Below are positions 19,075 through 28,924 of a stretch of 64,000 nucleotides of DNA, one piece after another. How positions within the stretch are numbered: position 1 is the stretch's first letter; every line of letters starts with the position of its first letter. The DNA lies in the IMG/VR virus record IMGVR_UViG_3300020420_000008, positions 1 to 64,000 of that record; one strand, written 5' to 3'. Under the pieces are notes generated by a model. The model saw nothing but the letters and a program-made list of their open reading frames with translations. It searched no databases and was not told the origin of the DNA. The position numbers and the translations under genes were made by a program. The DNA comes from a virus.

Positions 19075-19556
19075 TGATAATCTATTGTGACATGGATATG
19101 GTTCTATGTAATTTTCTAAAGGGTGCTTTAGATGTTACAGGAGAACCTTTTCCAGACAAGACTGGAAAACTTTCGAAAGATGAGAAGAAAGCTATCATTT
19201 CATCAAAGAAAGATTTCTGGGAAACACTAGAATGGATGCCTGATGGTAAAAAATTATGGCAACACATTACAAAAGGTGGTGCTGATGTGAGATTGCTATC
19301 AGCATATGCACAATGGGATAGTAATTGTAGACGAGGTAAAAAAGTTTGGGTTGCAAGAAATCTAAAACCAAAGCCAAGTAAAATACACTTGGTTTTAAGA
19401 GAGCAAAAGAAAGATTATGCTAGTGATGATGCTTTACTTATAGACGATCATGATAAGAACTGTAGAGAATTTATCAGTGCTGGAGGTAAAGCAATTCGAC
19501 ATATAAATACTATGCAAACAATAAAAGAATTTAATTCGAAGTATAAAGGAGACTAA
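19074..19556 (+). CDS. HAD-family 5'(3')-nucleotidase-like protein
   Basis: CDMDMVLCNF motif I, LLSA, K..W, LIDD motif IV. Confidence 0.85.
   Translation: MIIYCDMDMVLCNFLKGALDVTGEPFPDKTGKLSKDEKKAIISSKKDFWETLEWMPDGKKLWQHITKGGADVRLLSAYAQWDSNCRRGKKVWVARNLKPKPSKIHLVLREQKKDYASDDALLIDDHDKNCREFISAGGKAIRHINTMQTIKEFNSKYKGD
19502..19509 (+). promoter_or_regulatory. T4-type late promoter
   Basis: TATAAATA about 50 nt before structural gene 19558. Confidence 0.6.
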
Positions 19557-19557
19557 A

Positions 19558-20175
19558 ATGGGTTCATGGGGAACAGATCATGCGAGTGCAACGAACAAAC
19601 CAAAGTTCTTGCCAGAGGATGAAAATTCAAATTACAATAGAGCAGATGCATATGCAACTAATAATGGTTGGGTAATGAAAGCTGGTTCACCTGCAACGGG
19701 TAATGATAATCCAAATGCTAAACCAGAAATTCTGGTAGCAATCAGAGGACTTGCTGGTACAAGTAGTACAACAGGACTACGTTCAGCAACAGTTACTAAA
19801 ATGGAATATGTTATAGGTACAACTGCCGCCACAGACTTTACTGCACAAGAAGGTTCTGCTGAAATGAAAGTTAGAATTACATATGACGAAGCTGTTACAG
19901 TTACTGGTACACCACAACTTGTAGTAGATAATGGTAATCAATCAAGTGCTGGACAAGGCGACTATACATTGTCATACGAGCCAACACTATCAGATGCTAA
20001 CCAACTAATGTTTAGAGCAACAAGCAGAAGCTTATCTGTAGGTGATGTTCTAACTGTTGGTGGTACAAACATAGCGTTGAATGGTGGTACAATTAAAGAT
20101 ACTGCTAGTGCCGCCGTTGACTCATCACTGGTTCTTTCAGGACTAACAGCGATAACACATACAGTACTTGCATAA
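19558..20175 (+). CDS. Probable virion structural protein (Ig-like)
   Basis: Thr/Ser/Gly-rich, YDEAVTVTGTPQL, ALNGGTIKD; AAGGAG RBS. Confidence 0.6.
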   Translation: MGSWGTDHASATNKPKFLPEDENSNYNRADAYATNNGWVMKAGSPATGNDNPNAKPEILVAIRGLAGTSSTTGLRSATVTKMEYVIGTTAATDFTAQEGSAEMKVRITYDEAVTVTGTPQLVVDNGNQSSAGQGDYTLSYEPTLSDANQLMFRATSRSLSVGDVLTVGGTNIALNGGTIKDTASAAVDSSLVLSGLTAITHTVLA

Positions 20176-20196
20176 CTTATAATATAAGGAAATATT

Positions 20197-20850
20197 ATGG
20201 CTGATAAGAAGATAACAGAACTCACAGCCGCCACTAATCATTCGACTAGTGACTTGTTGCTTGTTGTAAAAGATGCATCTGGTACTCCCCTAAGTAGGAA
20301 AGCTACGTTTGGAAGCGTATTCGCAAACGTAGCCCACCCTATGACAGTTACCAATATAGCTAATTTCAAATCAAACACAACTATATCAAGTACTACCGTT
20401 ACTATTAGTGCAAACACTACGTTAAGTGGTCCAATCGTTACATTACATGGTAAGTTACAGACTGAGGGTTCTTCAACAATCATAAGCAACAATGGTAAAA
20501 TACATGCCAACAATTCTATAACTCCTGGCACGATTAATGTTGCTATGTTACAAGAAACACCATTGGCGAATACTGCTGGTAGAGCATTAATTGATGCTAA
20601 GATTGATACTACGGCGGCTGATGCGAAGTTTTCTTTGTTATCTAATGGTACACACACTGGTACAACTCAAGTAGATGTTATAAGTCTCCAAGATTCGAAA
20701 GGGTTGAGATTGGTAAAATCAGGAACACCGACTAACAGTAATCCTTCAACTGATAGTATTGCTGTTGGTACAATATTGTATGATGATAACTTCTTATACA
20801 TAGCAATAAATAGTACAACTTTGAAGAGGGTTGCATTATCAACATTTTAA
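20197..20850 (+). CDS. Probable fibre/structural protein
   Basis: MADKKITEL N-terminus; C-terminal YDDNFLYIA...KRVALSTF. Confidence 0.6.
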   Translation: MADKKITELTAATNHSTSDLLLVVKDASGTPLSRKATFGSVFANVAHPMTVTNIANFKSNTTISSTTVTISANTTLSGPIVTLHGKLQTEGSSTIISNNGKIHANNSITPGTINVAMLQETPLANTAGRALIDAKIDTTAADAKFSLLSNGTHTGTTQVDVISLQDSKGLRLVKSGTPTNSNPSTDSIAVGTILYDDNFLYIAINSTTLKRVALSTF

Positions 20851-20866
20851 TTATTGAGTAAAAATA

Positions 20867-21259
20867 GTGTACGAAAATTTGACTGAAGAGAACTTTATGT
20901 TATTCGCCGCCAAATATTATGAAAATCCCCACTGCACAGACTTGTTAGAGTTTCATGATGATTTAAAACGAATAAGGTATTTGAAAAGATTATTTAAAAA
21001 ATATGAACAAACTGGTGAACTAAAAGAACGATTGATATTAAATCACCTTTTAGTATTATACAATGTCTTTGAACATAGAGCGATGACACGTATACTAGTG
21101 TTTAAGCTTACAGAACAACTGAAATATTTAAAACCTTTTTTAATATTTCTTAATTACTGGAGAACAGATATAGGTAATGTCAATGGTAAAGAAGTAGTAG
21201 ATGCTGATATATCACTTGATGAAACTATAGTAAAAAAGTTGAGATTAATAGATGGCTAG
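20867..21259 (+). CDS. Conserved T4-like hypothetical protein
   Basis: FAAKYYENP.C...EF.DDLKR...LKERLILNHL..LYNVF. Confidence 0.8.
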   Translation: MYENLTEENFMLFAAKYYENPHCTDLLEFHDDLKRIRYLKRLFKKYEQTGELKERLILNHLLVLYNVFEHRAMTRILVFKLTEQLKYLKPFLIFLNYWRTDIGNVNGKEVVDADISLDETIVKKLRLIDG

Positions 21260-22079
21260 TGGCGTTGCAAATTTAATTTTTACATACTCTTTTCTCAAGA
21301 GACTTGTTACGCCGTTCAATGAAACGAAGGCGTATCAACTTGGTATTATTGATGAACGAGGTAAAAAAATAAAGTCACCTAAAACCTCAGAAGAGTTGGA
21401 TTCTTATAGTACATTTGAAAGATTAGTATTTAATATTAAGAAGATTATAGAAAGACTACCAGGAGGTAAAAGTAAACTAGCATCATACGCCGCCGCCTTA
21501 TTTTTGATAAAAGAACATGACAATACAAAAGAACATTATAGTGAAAAAGAATTAGTAGAAGCATTGGAGGAAAATATGTCCTATCTAAAAAAGAACACAA
21601 AAAAGACATATGGTTCAATCATGTCAGAAAAAGATTGGGGTGACATGATGTTTAAAAAAGAAACTGAACTAAGAGATGTATCAGAAGCACTTAAACATAC
21701 ACATATGGTTTTAGATCCAGATGGTAGAGTTATGAGTATGCATAGTAGTGAAAGACATGCTAATGATAGTGCAAAGCCTACAGGTAATTTATTGAAGAAA
21801 CAAGGTAAAGTTGTCAAGCTTAGAAAACCTATTTCAACAACAAGAGGTGATAGATTAATAGGACAACTACCAGCACATAATCTTGGTGAAGATGCTCCAG
21901 CGAATGCAACAGGCGCCGCCGTTGCAGGCACAGGAGATGACAGTAGCACTGTAGTAGTTCGTCCTGATGCACGTAAAAAATATATGAAAAAGTATCTCGC
22001 TGACTATCTCAAGAGAAGAGGAAAGAGAGAAGAAGCAAAGAAAAAACAAGAGATGCGAAAAATTATGGGATTAATGTAA
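21252..22079 (+). CDS. Conserved T4-like hypothetical protein with extra modules
   Basis: FLKRLVTPF.ETKAY.LGIIDE.G; EDAPANATG module. Confidence 0.75.
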   Translation: MASGVANLIFTYSFLKRLVTPFNETKAYQLGIIDERGKKIKSPKTSEELDSYSTFERLVFNIKKIIERLPGGKSKLASYAAALFLIKEHDNTKEHYSEKELVEALEENMSYLKKNTKKTYGSIMSEKDWGDMMFKKETELRDVSEALKHTHMVLDPDGRVMSMHSSERHANDSAKPTGNLLKKQGKVVKLRKPISTTRGDRLIGQLPAHNLGEDAPANATGAAVAGTGDDSSTVVVRPDARKKYMKKYLADYLKRRGKREEAKKKQEMRKIMGLM

Positions 22080-22939
22080 TGTATCTCTCAGAGAGATTTG
22101 TTACATCATCTGATTTAAATCAGATTGAAAAATATGCTGACAGGCTTTTTGCTAAAGTTGGTGTAGACGTTGAGTTTACTCGTCATTTTGTAGATAGAGT
22201 AAATGATGAACGTAACAAAAAACAAATATCAGTTGCAGAATTAGTAAGAATATTTAACAAAGTATATCAGAAGTTTGGCAAGGCGATAGCCAGACTTGGA
22301 CCTGATGCTGAAGCTGTTATGAAAGACATGCGAACAGATATAAACATGCCATTCGTTTTGAAGTTAATGAGAAATGGTATGCTAGAATTAGTAGCAAAAA
22401 CCATCATGAGAAAGAGAAATTTCAAAACGTCTAATAAAACCTTCTCAGTTGAGGCGAAGAGAATACCTAGAAAACAAGGACAACCAGCAAATTCAAAGAA
22501 ACACTCTGATTTATATACAGATGAGAATCCGAAAGGAACAATACACGGTTTGAAATTTGCTACAGTTGAAGATGCTGAAGATAGTGTCAAGAAAATAGAT
22601 AACTCTGGAAAATCTCACGCTCATAAGATACAGGCGGCAATTGCTATGGAGCAAAGAGCAAGAGTCGCTAAAAAATTTAGTGCCGCCTCAGTTTATAGAA
22701 AGTATATAAACAAAATGAAGAAGGTTACCAAAATGAAACGATTAAAGGAGGTAATCGAACATGATAAAGAGAATGTATCACTGGTGCAAAGACAGAGTAA
22801 TGCAAAGGACTTCTTGGGACGGATTAATTCTCATAGGAGTTTGTCTGATAGCACTTCTAGTACAATCAATCGTTACATACGCCGCCGTAGCAGGAATACT
22901 ATGGGGAATATATACGATAATCAAAGATCAAGCATATGA
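22079..22939 (+). CDS. Two-domain hypothetical protein; N-domain possibly RegB/RelE-like
   Basis: VEFTRHFVDRVND; second module HSDLYTDENPKGTIHGLKF. Confidence 0.6.
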   Translation: MYLSERFVTSSDLNQIEKYADRLFAKVGVDVEFTRHFVDRVNDERNKKQISVAELVRIFNKVYQKFGKAIARLGPDAEAVMKDMRTDINMPFVLKLMRNGMLELVAKTIMRKRNFKTSNKTFSVEAKRIPRKQGQPANSKKHSDLYTDENPKGTIHGLKFATVEDAEDSVKKIDNSGKSHAHKIQAAIAMEQRARVAKKFSAASVYRKYINKMKKVTKMKRLKEVIEHDKENVSLVQRQSNAKDFLGRINSHRSLSDSTSSTINRYIRRRSRNTMGNIYDNQRSSI

Positions 22940-22943
22940 TTAA
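22761..22943 (+). CDS. Small two-TM membrane protein, holin candidate
   Basis: AAGGAGG RBS, RTSWDG plus two hydrophobic segments, immediately before spanins. Confidence 0.65.
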   Translation: MIKRMYHWCKDRVMQRTSWDGLILIGVCLIALLVQSIVTYAAVAGILWGIYTIIKDQAYD

Positions 22944-22947
22944 GTAA

Positions 22948-23313
22948 ATGAGATATCTAGCGATAATAGGTTTGTTTGTGTTAGTTGGTTGGGGTGCTTA
23001 TACCTATTATCAAGATACACAGTCACGATTAAAAACATTACAAGAAAATAATGCAAGACTTGAAACATCTGTGCGTTCTCTAGAAAAAGTAAAAGCGACT
23101 TTGATAGAGGACGCTCAGAAACAAGCAGAACAACTACAGACTCTAAATATTAGACTGCAAAATGCAGAAGGTTATAAAGACGATTTAATAGCTAAATTAC
23201 AGAAACATGATTTAACTAAGTTAAGTCTACAAAGCCCAAAAGATATGGAAAAGATAATAAATGATGAAACAAAAAAGCTATTTACTGATTTTGAGTCTAT
23301 TACTGCTAAGTAG
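22948..23313 (+). CDS. Inner-membrane spanin (Rz-like)
   Basis: N-terminal TM plus coiled coil, overlapped by a lipoprotein gene. Confidence 0.75.
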   Translation: MRYLAIIGLFVLVGWGAYTYYQDTQSRLKTLQENNARLETSVRSLEKVKATLIEDAQKQAEQLQTLNIRLQNAEGYKDDLIAKLQKHDLTKLSLQSPKDMEKIINDETKKLFTDFESITAK

Positions 23314-23650
23314 TTGCTCAGTATTCAATACACCAGAAAAAGAAGTTGTAACAGTTACAGAAATTGTTCGTCCACAAATAACAATTGCTGAAAAACCCAA
23401 ATCATTAAAATTAACAGATGTAAAATGGTTCATTGTCAATAAAGATAATGTGGATCAATTTCTATTAGACTATGAGGATAATAATGGTGATTTAGTATTC
23501 TATGTCATATCTGTACGTGACTATGAAAAGTTAGCACTAAATATGGCAATGATACGAGAATATATACTAAAGCAGAACGAGATAATTGTATACTATGAAG
23601 AAGCAGTAACACACGAAGAGGATAAGATAGATGAGGAAGTACTTCAGTAA
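23261..23650 (+). CDS. Outer-membrane spanin lipoprotein (Rz1-like)
   Basis: Signal peptide with LSSC lipobox, overlapping the i-spanin end. Confidence 0.75.
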   Translation: MMKQKSYLLILSLLLLSSCSVFNTPEKEVVTVTEIVRPQITIAEKPKSLKLTDVKWFIVNKDNVDQFLLDYEDNNGDLVFYVISVRDYEKLALNMAMIREYILKQNEIIVYYEEAVTHEEDKIDEEVLQ

Positions 23651-24476
23651 TCCAGCATCGTTCATAAATGCGCCATTAGTATTAGACTGGAATAATGCAT
23701 CATGGTGTGCTTATTTTTTTGCAGAAGTATCTGCACTTGCATATCACGATGGCACTAAAGCAAAGAAAGAATTAAAGAATATAGGTTTTAGTAGTTATAA
23801 GTTTCTAGAGAATGATGGTGCCCAATGTCATATATTCAATAATAGTGAACACTTAGTTATAGCATTTAGAGGTACAGAGCCTACAGAGTTCTCAGATGTC
23901 AAAGCAGACTTACTCGCTATCAAGAGAAAGTCGAAGACAGAAGGTAGAGTCCATATGGGTTTTAAAATAGAACTCAGAAAACTATGGGCAGATATCTCAG
24001 CTATACTGAAAAATAAGAAGCAAAGAATATGGATATGTGGACATAGTTTAGGTGGTGCAATGGCTACTCTATGTGCAAGTAGATTAGAAGAATTAGAACC
24101 AACTCTCTATACATACGGTTCACCTAGAGTTGGTGGTAGTGAATGGCGTGATGGTTGTGATGTAGAACATTATAGATTTGTAAACAATAATGATATTGTA
24201 ACAGCAGTCCCATTGTGGTTGATGGGCTATAGACATCACGGTACTGTACGATACATTGATTATTACGGTAGAATCAAAAGACTTACATTCGGACAGAAAG
24301 TAAAAGATCAAATACTAGGTAGATGGAAAGCACTAACTAAGTTTCAACTATTTGATGGTATATACGATCATGATATAGCTGGTGGTTATGCAGATAAATT
24401 ACAAGCATTATGGTTTGAAGGTAGAGAAAAGATAAGGAAAAGAGCAAATGTGGGACATGATAGAAAGAATGTTTAG
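23631..24476 (+). CDS. Class 3 lipase
   Basis: IAFRGT, VH.GF, GHSLGGA, YTYGSPRVG, NNNDIV..VP. Confidence 0.9.
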   Translation: MRKYFSNPASFINAPLVLDWNNASWCAYFFAEVSALAYHDGTKAKKELKNIGFSSYKFLENDGAQCHIFNNSEHLVIAFRGTEPTEFSDVKADLLAIKRKSKTEGRVHMGFKIELRKLWADISAILKNKKQRIWICGHSLGGAMATLCASRLEELEPTLYTYGSPRVGGSEWRDGCDVEHYRFVNNNDIVTAVPLWLMGYRHHGTVRYIDYYGRIKRLTFGQKVKDQILGRWKALTKFQLFDGIYDHDIAGGYADKLQALWFEGREKIRKRANVGHDRKNV

Positions 24477-24780
24477 CGACAGACTATGGATTTATACTGC
24501 ACTTGCTGGTTCAGTATTTGGTGCAATATTCATAGCATATATTAGTACTACACGCATAGGCTTATGGTTCTATGCAAAAGTAGATTTAACTATAGATTTT
24601 TTAGTAAAAAGATGGGGACTTACGTTTTTAGAGCAACCTGAAGATGCATGGAAATATAAGTACCCTGTGATACGCCAAAAAATAAGTGAGATAGAGAATC
24701 GTTTAGCAAGTTTAGAGCTAACACATGATATTAATCAAAATAAAATAGTCAAGAATATGACAAAAAAGTCTGACAAATAA
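24448..24780 (+). CDS. Hypothetical membrane protein
   Basis: N-terminal TM. Confidence 0.65.
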   Translation: MWDMIERMFSDRLWIYTALAGSVFGAIFIAYISTTRIGLWFYAKVDLTIDFLVKRWGLTFLEQPEDAWKYKYPVIRQKISEIENRLASLELTHDINQNKIVKNMTKKSDK

Positions 24781-24839
24781 TAGTGAGTGTCAATATATTT
24801 AAAGTTCAATATTACAACTAAATAAGTTAGAGATTAACA

Positions 24840-25115
24840 ATGACTGAAAACGAAGTAAATTTATTTGAGTACATCAACGATCTCCGTAAGGAAAATAAAA
24901 TGGAGTCCGATCTATTGCACAAACGTATTTCAGACATGAAAGATGAATTGATGTCAGAGATGAAATCAATGCGTCAAGAACAACAAGAAATAAATCACAA
25001 GATGGAACAAAGAGTTCATAATCTAGAGAGATGGAAGTGGAGCATTGTTGGCGGTGCTATTGTACTAGGATTCTTAATTTCTTTAGGAATGAACTTGACA
25101 AAGATACTCAGCTAA
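24840..25115 (+). CDS. Coiled-coil protein with C-terminal TM
   Basis: LHKRIS...LERWKW..VGGA. Confidence 0.7.
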   Translation: MTENEVNLFEYINDLRKENKMESDLLHKRISDMKDELMSEMKSMRQEQQEINHKMEQRVHNLERWKWSIVGGAIVLGFLISLGMNLTKILS

Positions 25116-25123
25116 TGTAATAT
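25095..25123 (+). promoter_or_regulatory. Sigma70-type promoter of primase (leaderless geometry)
   Basis: TTGACA-N17-TAATAT; ATG 7 nt later, no SD. Confidence 0.7.
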
Positions 25124-25130
25124 AGTCTTT

Positions 25131-26150
25131 ATGACTTATGTAGATTTGAAGTATATCAATATACTATCTGGTAGACTTTCCCAATTCAAAAGAAAAACAA
25201 ATAACTTATTCAACTTTCGTTGTCCGTTCTGTGGTGATAGTCAGACAAACAAACTGAAAGCTAGAGGTTACATATACGCAAAAGAAAATAAGTATTCTTA
25301 CAAGTGTCATAACTGTGGTATAACTTCTAGTGTAGGTAATCTCATAAAACATGTAGATACAAATCTATTCAAAGAATATCGCACGGAATCGTTTCTAGAC
25401 ACGAATAGAAGCTTACCTACGAAGGCGCCTACTAAACCAGAAGGAATTGTGTTTGATAAAAGAAAATATCATTTTAACACTCCTCTTAAAAAATTAAAGA
25501 AAATATCTCAGCTACAATACAACCACCCTGCCAAAGTATATGTAGAGAAGAGAGAGATACCTACAGAATATCATCGTAAGTTATACTATGCACCTTACTT
25601 TGCAAAGTTTGTCAATAGTCTTATACCTAGAAAATTATCAGAAGATAATGATGAGCCTAGATTGATTATACCTTTCTTTGATGAATATGAAAATCTAATT
25701 GGCTTTCAAGGTAGAGCGTTCAGTAAAAATGCTGTACGTTACATCACAATAATGCTAGACGAAAGCAAACCTAAAATATTCGGATTAGATGAAGTTGACT
25801 GGACAAAGAGAGTATATGTGTTAGAAGGTCCTATTGATTCTATGTTTATACCTAATAGTATTGCTATGATTGGTGCTGATGGAGGTTCCTATATAAATCA
25901 TAAGAAAACACAAGATATTGTTATTGTATATGATAATGAGCCAAAATCTAGTATGATAAATAAAAAATTATCTAAGAAAATTGATGAAGGTTTCTCAGTT
26001 TGTATATGGCAGAATTTTTTGGAATATAAAGATATTAATGATATGATACTGTCTGGAATGAGCAAAGTAGAAATCTTGAATATTATAAATGAAAGTACGT
26101 TTCAAGATTTAAAAGCTAAAATGAAACTAGTTGAATGGAGTAAGTTATGA
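25131..26150 (+). CDS. 61: DNA primase gp61
   Basis: RCPFCGDS...CHNCG zinc finger, EGPIDSMF, YDNEP, KDINDM. Confidence 0.95.
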   Translation: MTYVDLKYINILSGRLSQFKRKTNNLFNFRCPFCGDSQTNKLKARGYIYAKENKYSYKCHNCGITSSVGNLIKHVDTNLFKEYRTESFLDTNRSLPTKAPTKPEGIVFDKRKYHFNTPLKKLKKISQLQYNHPAKVYVEKREIPTEYHRKLYYAPYFAKFVNSLIPRKLSEDNDEPRLIIPFFDEYENLIGFQGRAFSKNAVRYITIMLDESKPKIFGLDEVDWTKRVYVLEGPIDSMFIPNSIAMIGADGGSYINHKKTQDIVIVYDNEPKSSMINKKLSKKIDEGFSVCIWQNFLEYKDINDMILSGMSKVEILNIINESTFQDLKAKMKLVEWSKL

Positions 26151-26380
26151 TAGATAATGAAGAAGAAGTGCATAAATTTTGGAGTGATGATAGAAAACGA
26201 CATGCTCATGTGATACACAACAAAGAGTTTAATATGTATCTAGTGAGAATGTTTGAAGACAATAAACTAGTTAAATCCGTTCCTATGATATCAGATGCAT
26301 TCGGACACGGCGTAACTGTTCATAATGAAAGATTTGCAGAAGATGCCGCCGAAAACTGGTGTTTAGGATATATTGAATGA
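26147..26380 (+). CDS. Hypothetical protein
   Basis: ATGA overlap; AEDAAENW motif. Confidence 0.7.
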   Translation: MIDNEEEVHKFWSDDRKRHAHVIHNKEFNMYLVRMFEDNKLVKSVPMISDAFGHGVTVHNERFAEDAAENWCLGYIE

Positions 26381-27021
26381 AAAATGCTAAAATGCGAGTC
26401 ACATTAGTAGACTCGATGGGAGATGATTTATCGGTTGTAAATGCCGCCAGAGTTTCTTTTGACAAGGAACACATAACTATTGATGAGAGTGATGAGAAGC
26501 TAATTAAATTTTTAGCTAAACATAATCATTGGAGTCCATTCGGACATGCATCATTACAGTTTAGAATAAAAGCACCTATCTTTGTTGCTCGACAGTTAGT
26601 TAAGCATCAAGTAGGGTTAGTTTGGAATGAAGTAAGTAGGAGGTATGTTGATAACGAACCTGAATTTTACATACCTAACTTTTGGAGAACTCGTCCTCAA
26701 GGTAATATAAAACAAGGTTCAGGTGAAGATAGAATAGAATACGATATTGCTGGCACTATGGAATATGTCAAGCAAACTTATAATAATTTATTGAATGAAG
26801 GTGTAGCACCAGAAATGGCTCGTATGGTGTTGCCTCAGAATATGATGACAGAGTGGTTTTGGAGCGGAACTCTTTATGCTTTTGCAAGAGTTTGTAATTT
26901 AAGACTACATAAAACAGCACAGATAGAAACACAAATTATTGCTGAATTTATAAGCGATAATATAAAAGAAAAATTTCCACTTTCGTGGAAAAGCTTAATA
27001 GGAGAAGGACATGCGAAGTAA
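26377..27021 (+). CDS. thyX: Flavin-dependent thymidylate synthase
   Basis: VVNAARVSF, HWSPF, RQLVKHQ...NEVSRRY, EMARMVLP. Confidence 0.95.
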   Translation: MKNAKMRVTLVDSMGDDLSVVNAARVSFDKEHITIDESDEKLIKFLAKHNHWSPFGHASLQFRIKAPIFVARQLVKHQVGLVWNEVSRRYVDNEPEFYIPNFWRTRPQGNIKQGSGEDRIEYDIAGTMEYVKQTYNNLLNEGVAPEMARMVLPQNMMTEWFWSGTLYAFARVCNLRLHKTAQIETQIIAEFISDNIKEKFPLSWKSLIGEGHAK

Positions 27022-28924
27022 TCATTTACCAACAGAATATCAAGAATTTATCCATCTGTCGAGATACTCAAGATGGTTGCCTGAAAAAGGTAGAAGAGAA
27101 ACATGGAGTGAAACAGTTGGTAGATACTTTGACTTCTTTACAGAACATTTACAAGAACAAAACGATTTCAAATTAGATGACGTATCAAGAAAGAGATTAG
27201 AAGAAGCAGTGCTGTCTCAAAAAGTAATGCCATCAATGAGATGTCTTATGACAGCTGGTGAAGCTTTAAAGAGAGAAAATGTAGCTGGTTATAACTGTTC
27301 GTATGTCGCAGTTGATTCTCCTAGAGCATTTGATGAAATACTTTACATATTGATGAATGGTACTGGTGTGGGTTTCTCAGTAGAAAGACAAGATGTTATA
27401 AAGCTACCTAGCGTAGCAGACGAACTGCACCCTACAGATACAACAATCGTAGTACCAGATAGTAAATTAGGTTGGGCAAAGTCACTAAAAGAATTAGTAC
27501 ATCTATTATACTCAGGACAAATTCCTTCTTGGGACTTGAGTAAAGTACGTCCTGCTGGTGCACCACTCAAGACTTTTGGTGGTAGAGCATCAGGTCCAGA
27601 ACCACTAGATCAACTATTTCGTTTTTCTATAAATATATTCAAGAATGCCATCGGTAGAAAACTTACCTCATTAGAATGTCATGACTTAGTATGTAAGATT
27701 GCAGAGGTTGTAGTTGTAGGTGGTGTTAGACGTTCTGCACTTATTTCACTCAGCAATTTGAGTGATGATAGAATGAGAGTAGCAAAATCAGGACAATGGT
27801 GGGAAGACAATGGACAAAGAGCCCTCGCAAACAACTCAGCGTGTTACACAGAAAAACCAGAAATCGGAATCTTCATGGACGAGTGGAAGTCACTCTACGA
27901 CTCAAAGTCCGGTGAAAGAGGAATCTTTAATCGTCAATCTGCCAAAGAACAGGCTGGACGTAACGGTAGACGAGACAATGACTGGGATTTCGGCACAAAT
28001 CCCTGTTCAGAAATAATACTCAGAAGCAAGCAATTTTGCAATCTATCAGAAGTAGTAATACGTGCTACAGATGATATGAAGACACTGAAAGAAAAAGTAA
28101 AGTTTGCTACAATACTTGGTACATTCCAATCGACATTAGTTAACTTTAAATATCTCACAAGAGACTGGAAGAAAAATACAGAAGAAGAAAGACTTCTTGG
28201 TGTATCTCTTACAGGTATCATGGATAATACACTAACAAATGGCAAAGAGTCTGGCTTAGATAAGAGACTTGATGAACTACGAAAAGTAGCAATTGCAACA
28301 AATGCAGAGTGGGCAGATAAGATTGGTATACAACAATCAGTTTCTATTACATGTGTAAAGCCATCAGGCACTGTATCTCAGCTTGTAGACTCTGCATCAG
28401 GTATACATGCACGACATAACCCTTACTACATAAGAACTGTACGTGCTGACAAAAAAGATCCTCTTGCACTGTATATGAAAGATGCTGGTTTTCCATGTGA
28501 AGATGATGTGATGAAACCAGATCATACTTACGTATTTTCATTTCCAATGAAAGCACCAGAAAATGCAGTGATGCGACAAGATATGTCAGCTATTGAACAA
28601 TTAGAATTATGGCTTGTATATCAAAAACATTGGTGTGAGCATAAGCCTTCAGTAACTATCTCAGTGAAGGAAGATGAATGGTTCGAAGTTGGTGCATGGG
28701 TATATAAGAACTTTGACTGGATGTCAGGTGTATCATTCTTACCATACTCAGAGCATGTATATAAGCAAGCACCATATCAAGATTGCGATTCTGTTGTATA
28801 TCAAAGAGAGTTAGACAAGATGCCAAAGAACATAGATTGGACACAACTCTCTGCGTATGAAACCACAGATATGACAGAGGGTGCCCAAGAACTAGCATGT
28901 GTTGCTGGTGGGTGTGAAATTTAA
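27011..28924 (+). CDS. nrdJ: Class II (B12-dependent) ribonucleotide reductase
   Basis: YNCSY, GGVRRSA, TNPCSEI, VKPSGT, C-terminal CVAGGCEI; no beta-subunit gene adjacent. Confidence 0.9.
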   Translation: MRSNHLPTEYQEFIHLSRYSRWLPEKGRRETWSETVGRYFDFFTEHLQEQNDFKLDDVSRKRLEEAVLSQKVMPSMRCLMTAGEALKRENVAGYNCSYVAVDSPRAFDEILYILMNGTGVGFSVERQDVIKLPSVADELHPTDTTIVVPDSKLGWAKSLKELVHLLYSGQIPSWDLSKVRPAGAPLKTFGGRASGPEPLDQLFRFSINIFKNAIGRKLTSLECHDLVCKIAEVVVVGGVRRSALISLSNLSDDRMRVAKSGQWWEDNGQRALANNSACYTEKPEIGIFMDEWKSLYDSKSGERGIFNRQSAKEQAGRNGRRDNDWDFGTNPCSEIILRSKQFCNLSEVVIRATDDMKTLKEKVKFATILGTFQSTLVNFKYLTRDWKKNTEEERLLGVSLTGIMDNTLTNGKESGLDKRLDELRKVAIATNAEWADKIGIQQSVSITCVKPSGTVSQLVDSASGIHARHNPYYIRTVRADKKDPLALYMKDAGFPCEDDVMKPDHTYVFSFPMKAPENAVMRQDMSAIEQLELWLVYQKHWCEHKPSVTISVKEDEWFEVGAWVYKNFDWMSGVSFLPYSEHVYKQAPYQDCDSVVYQRELDKMPKNIDWTQLSAYETTDMTEGAQELACVAGGCEI

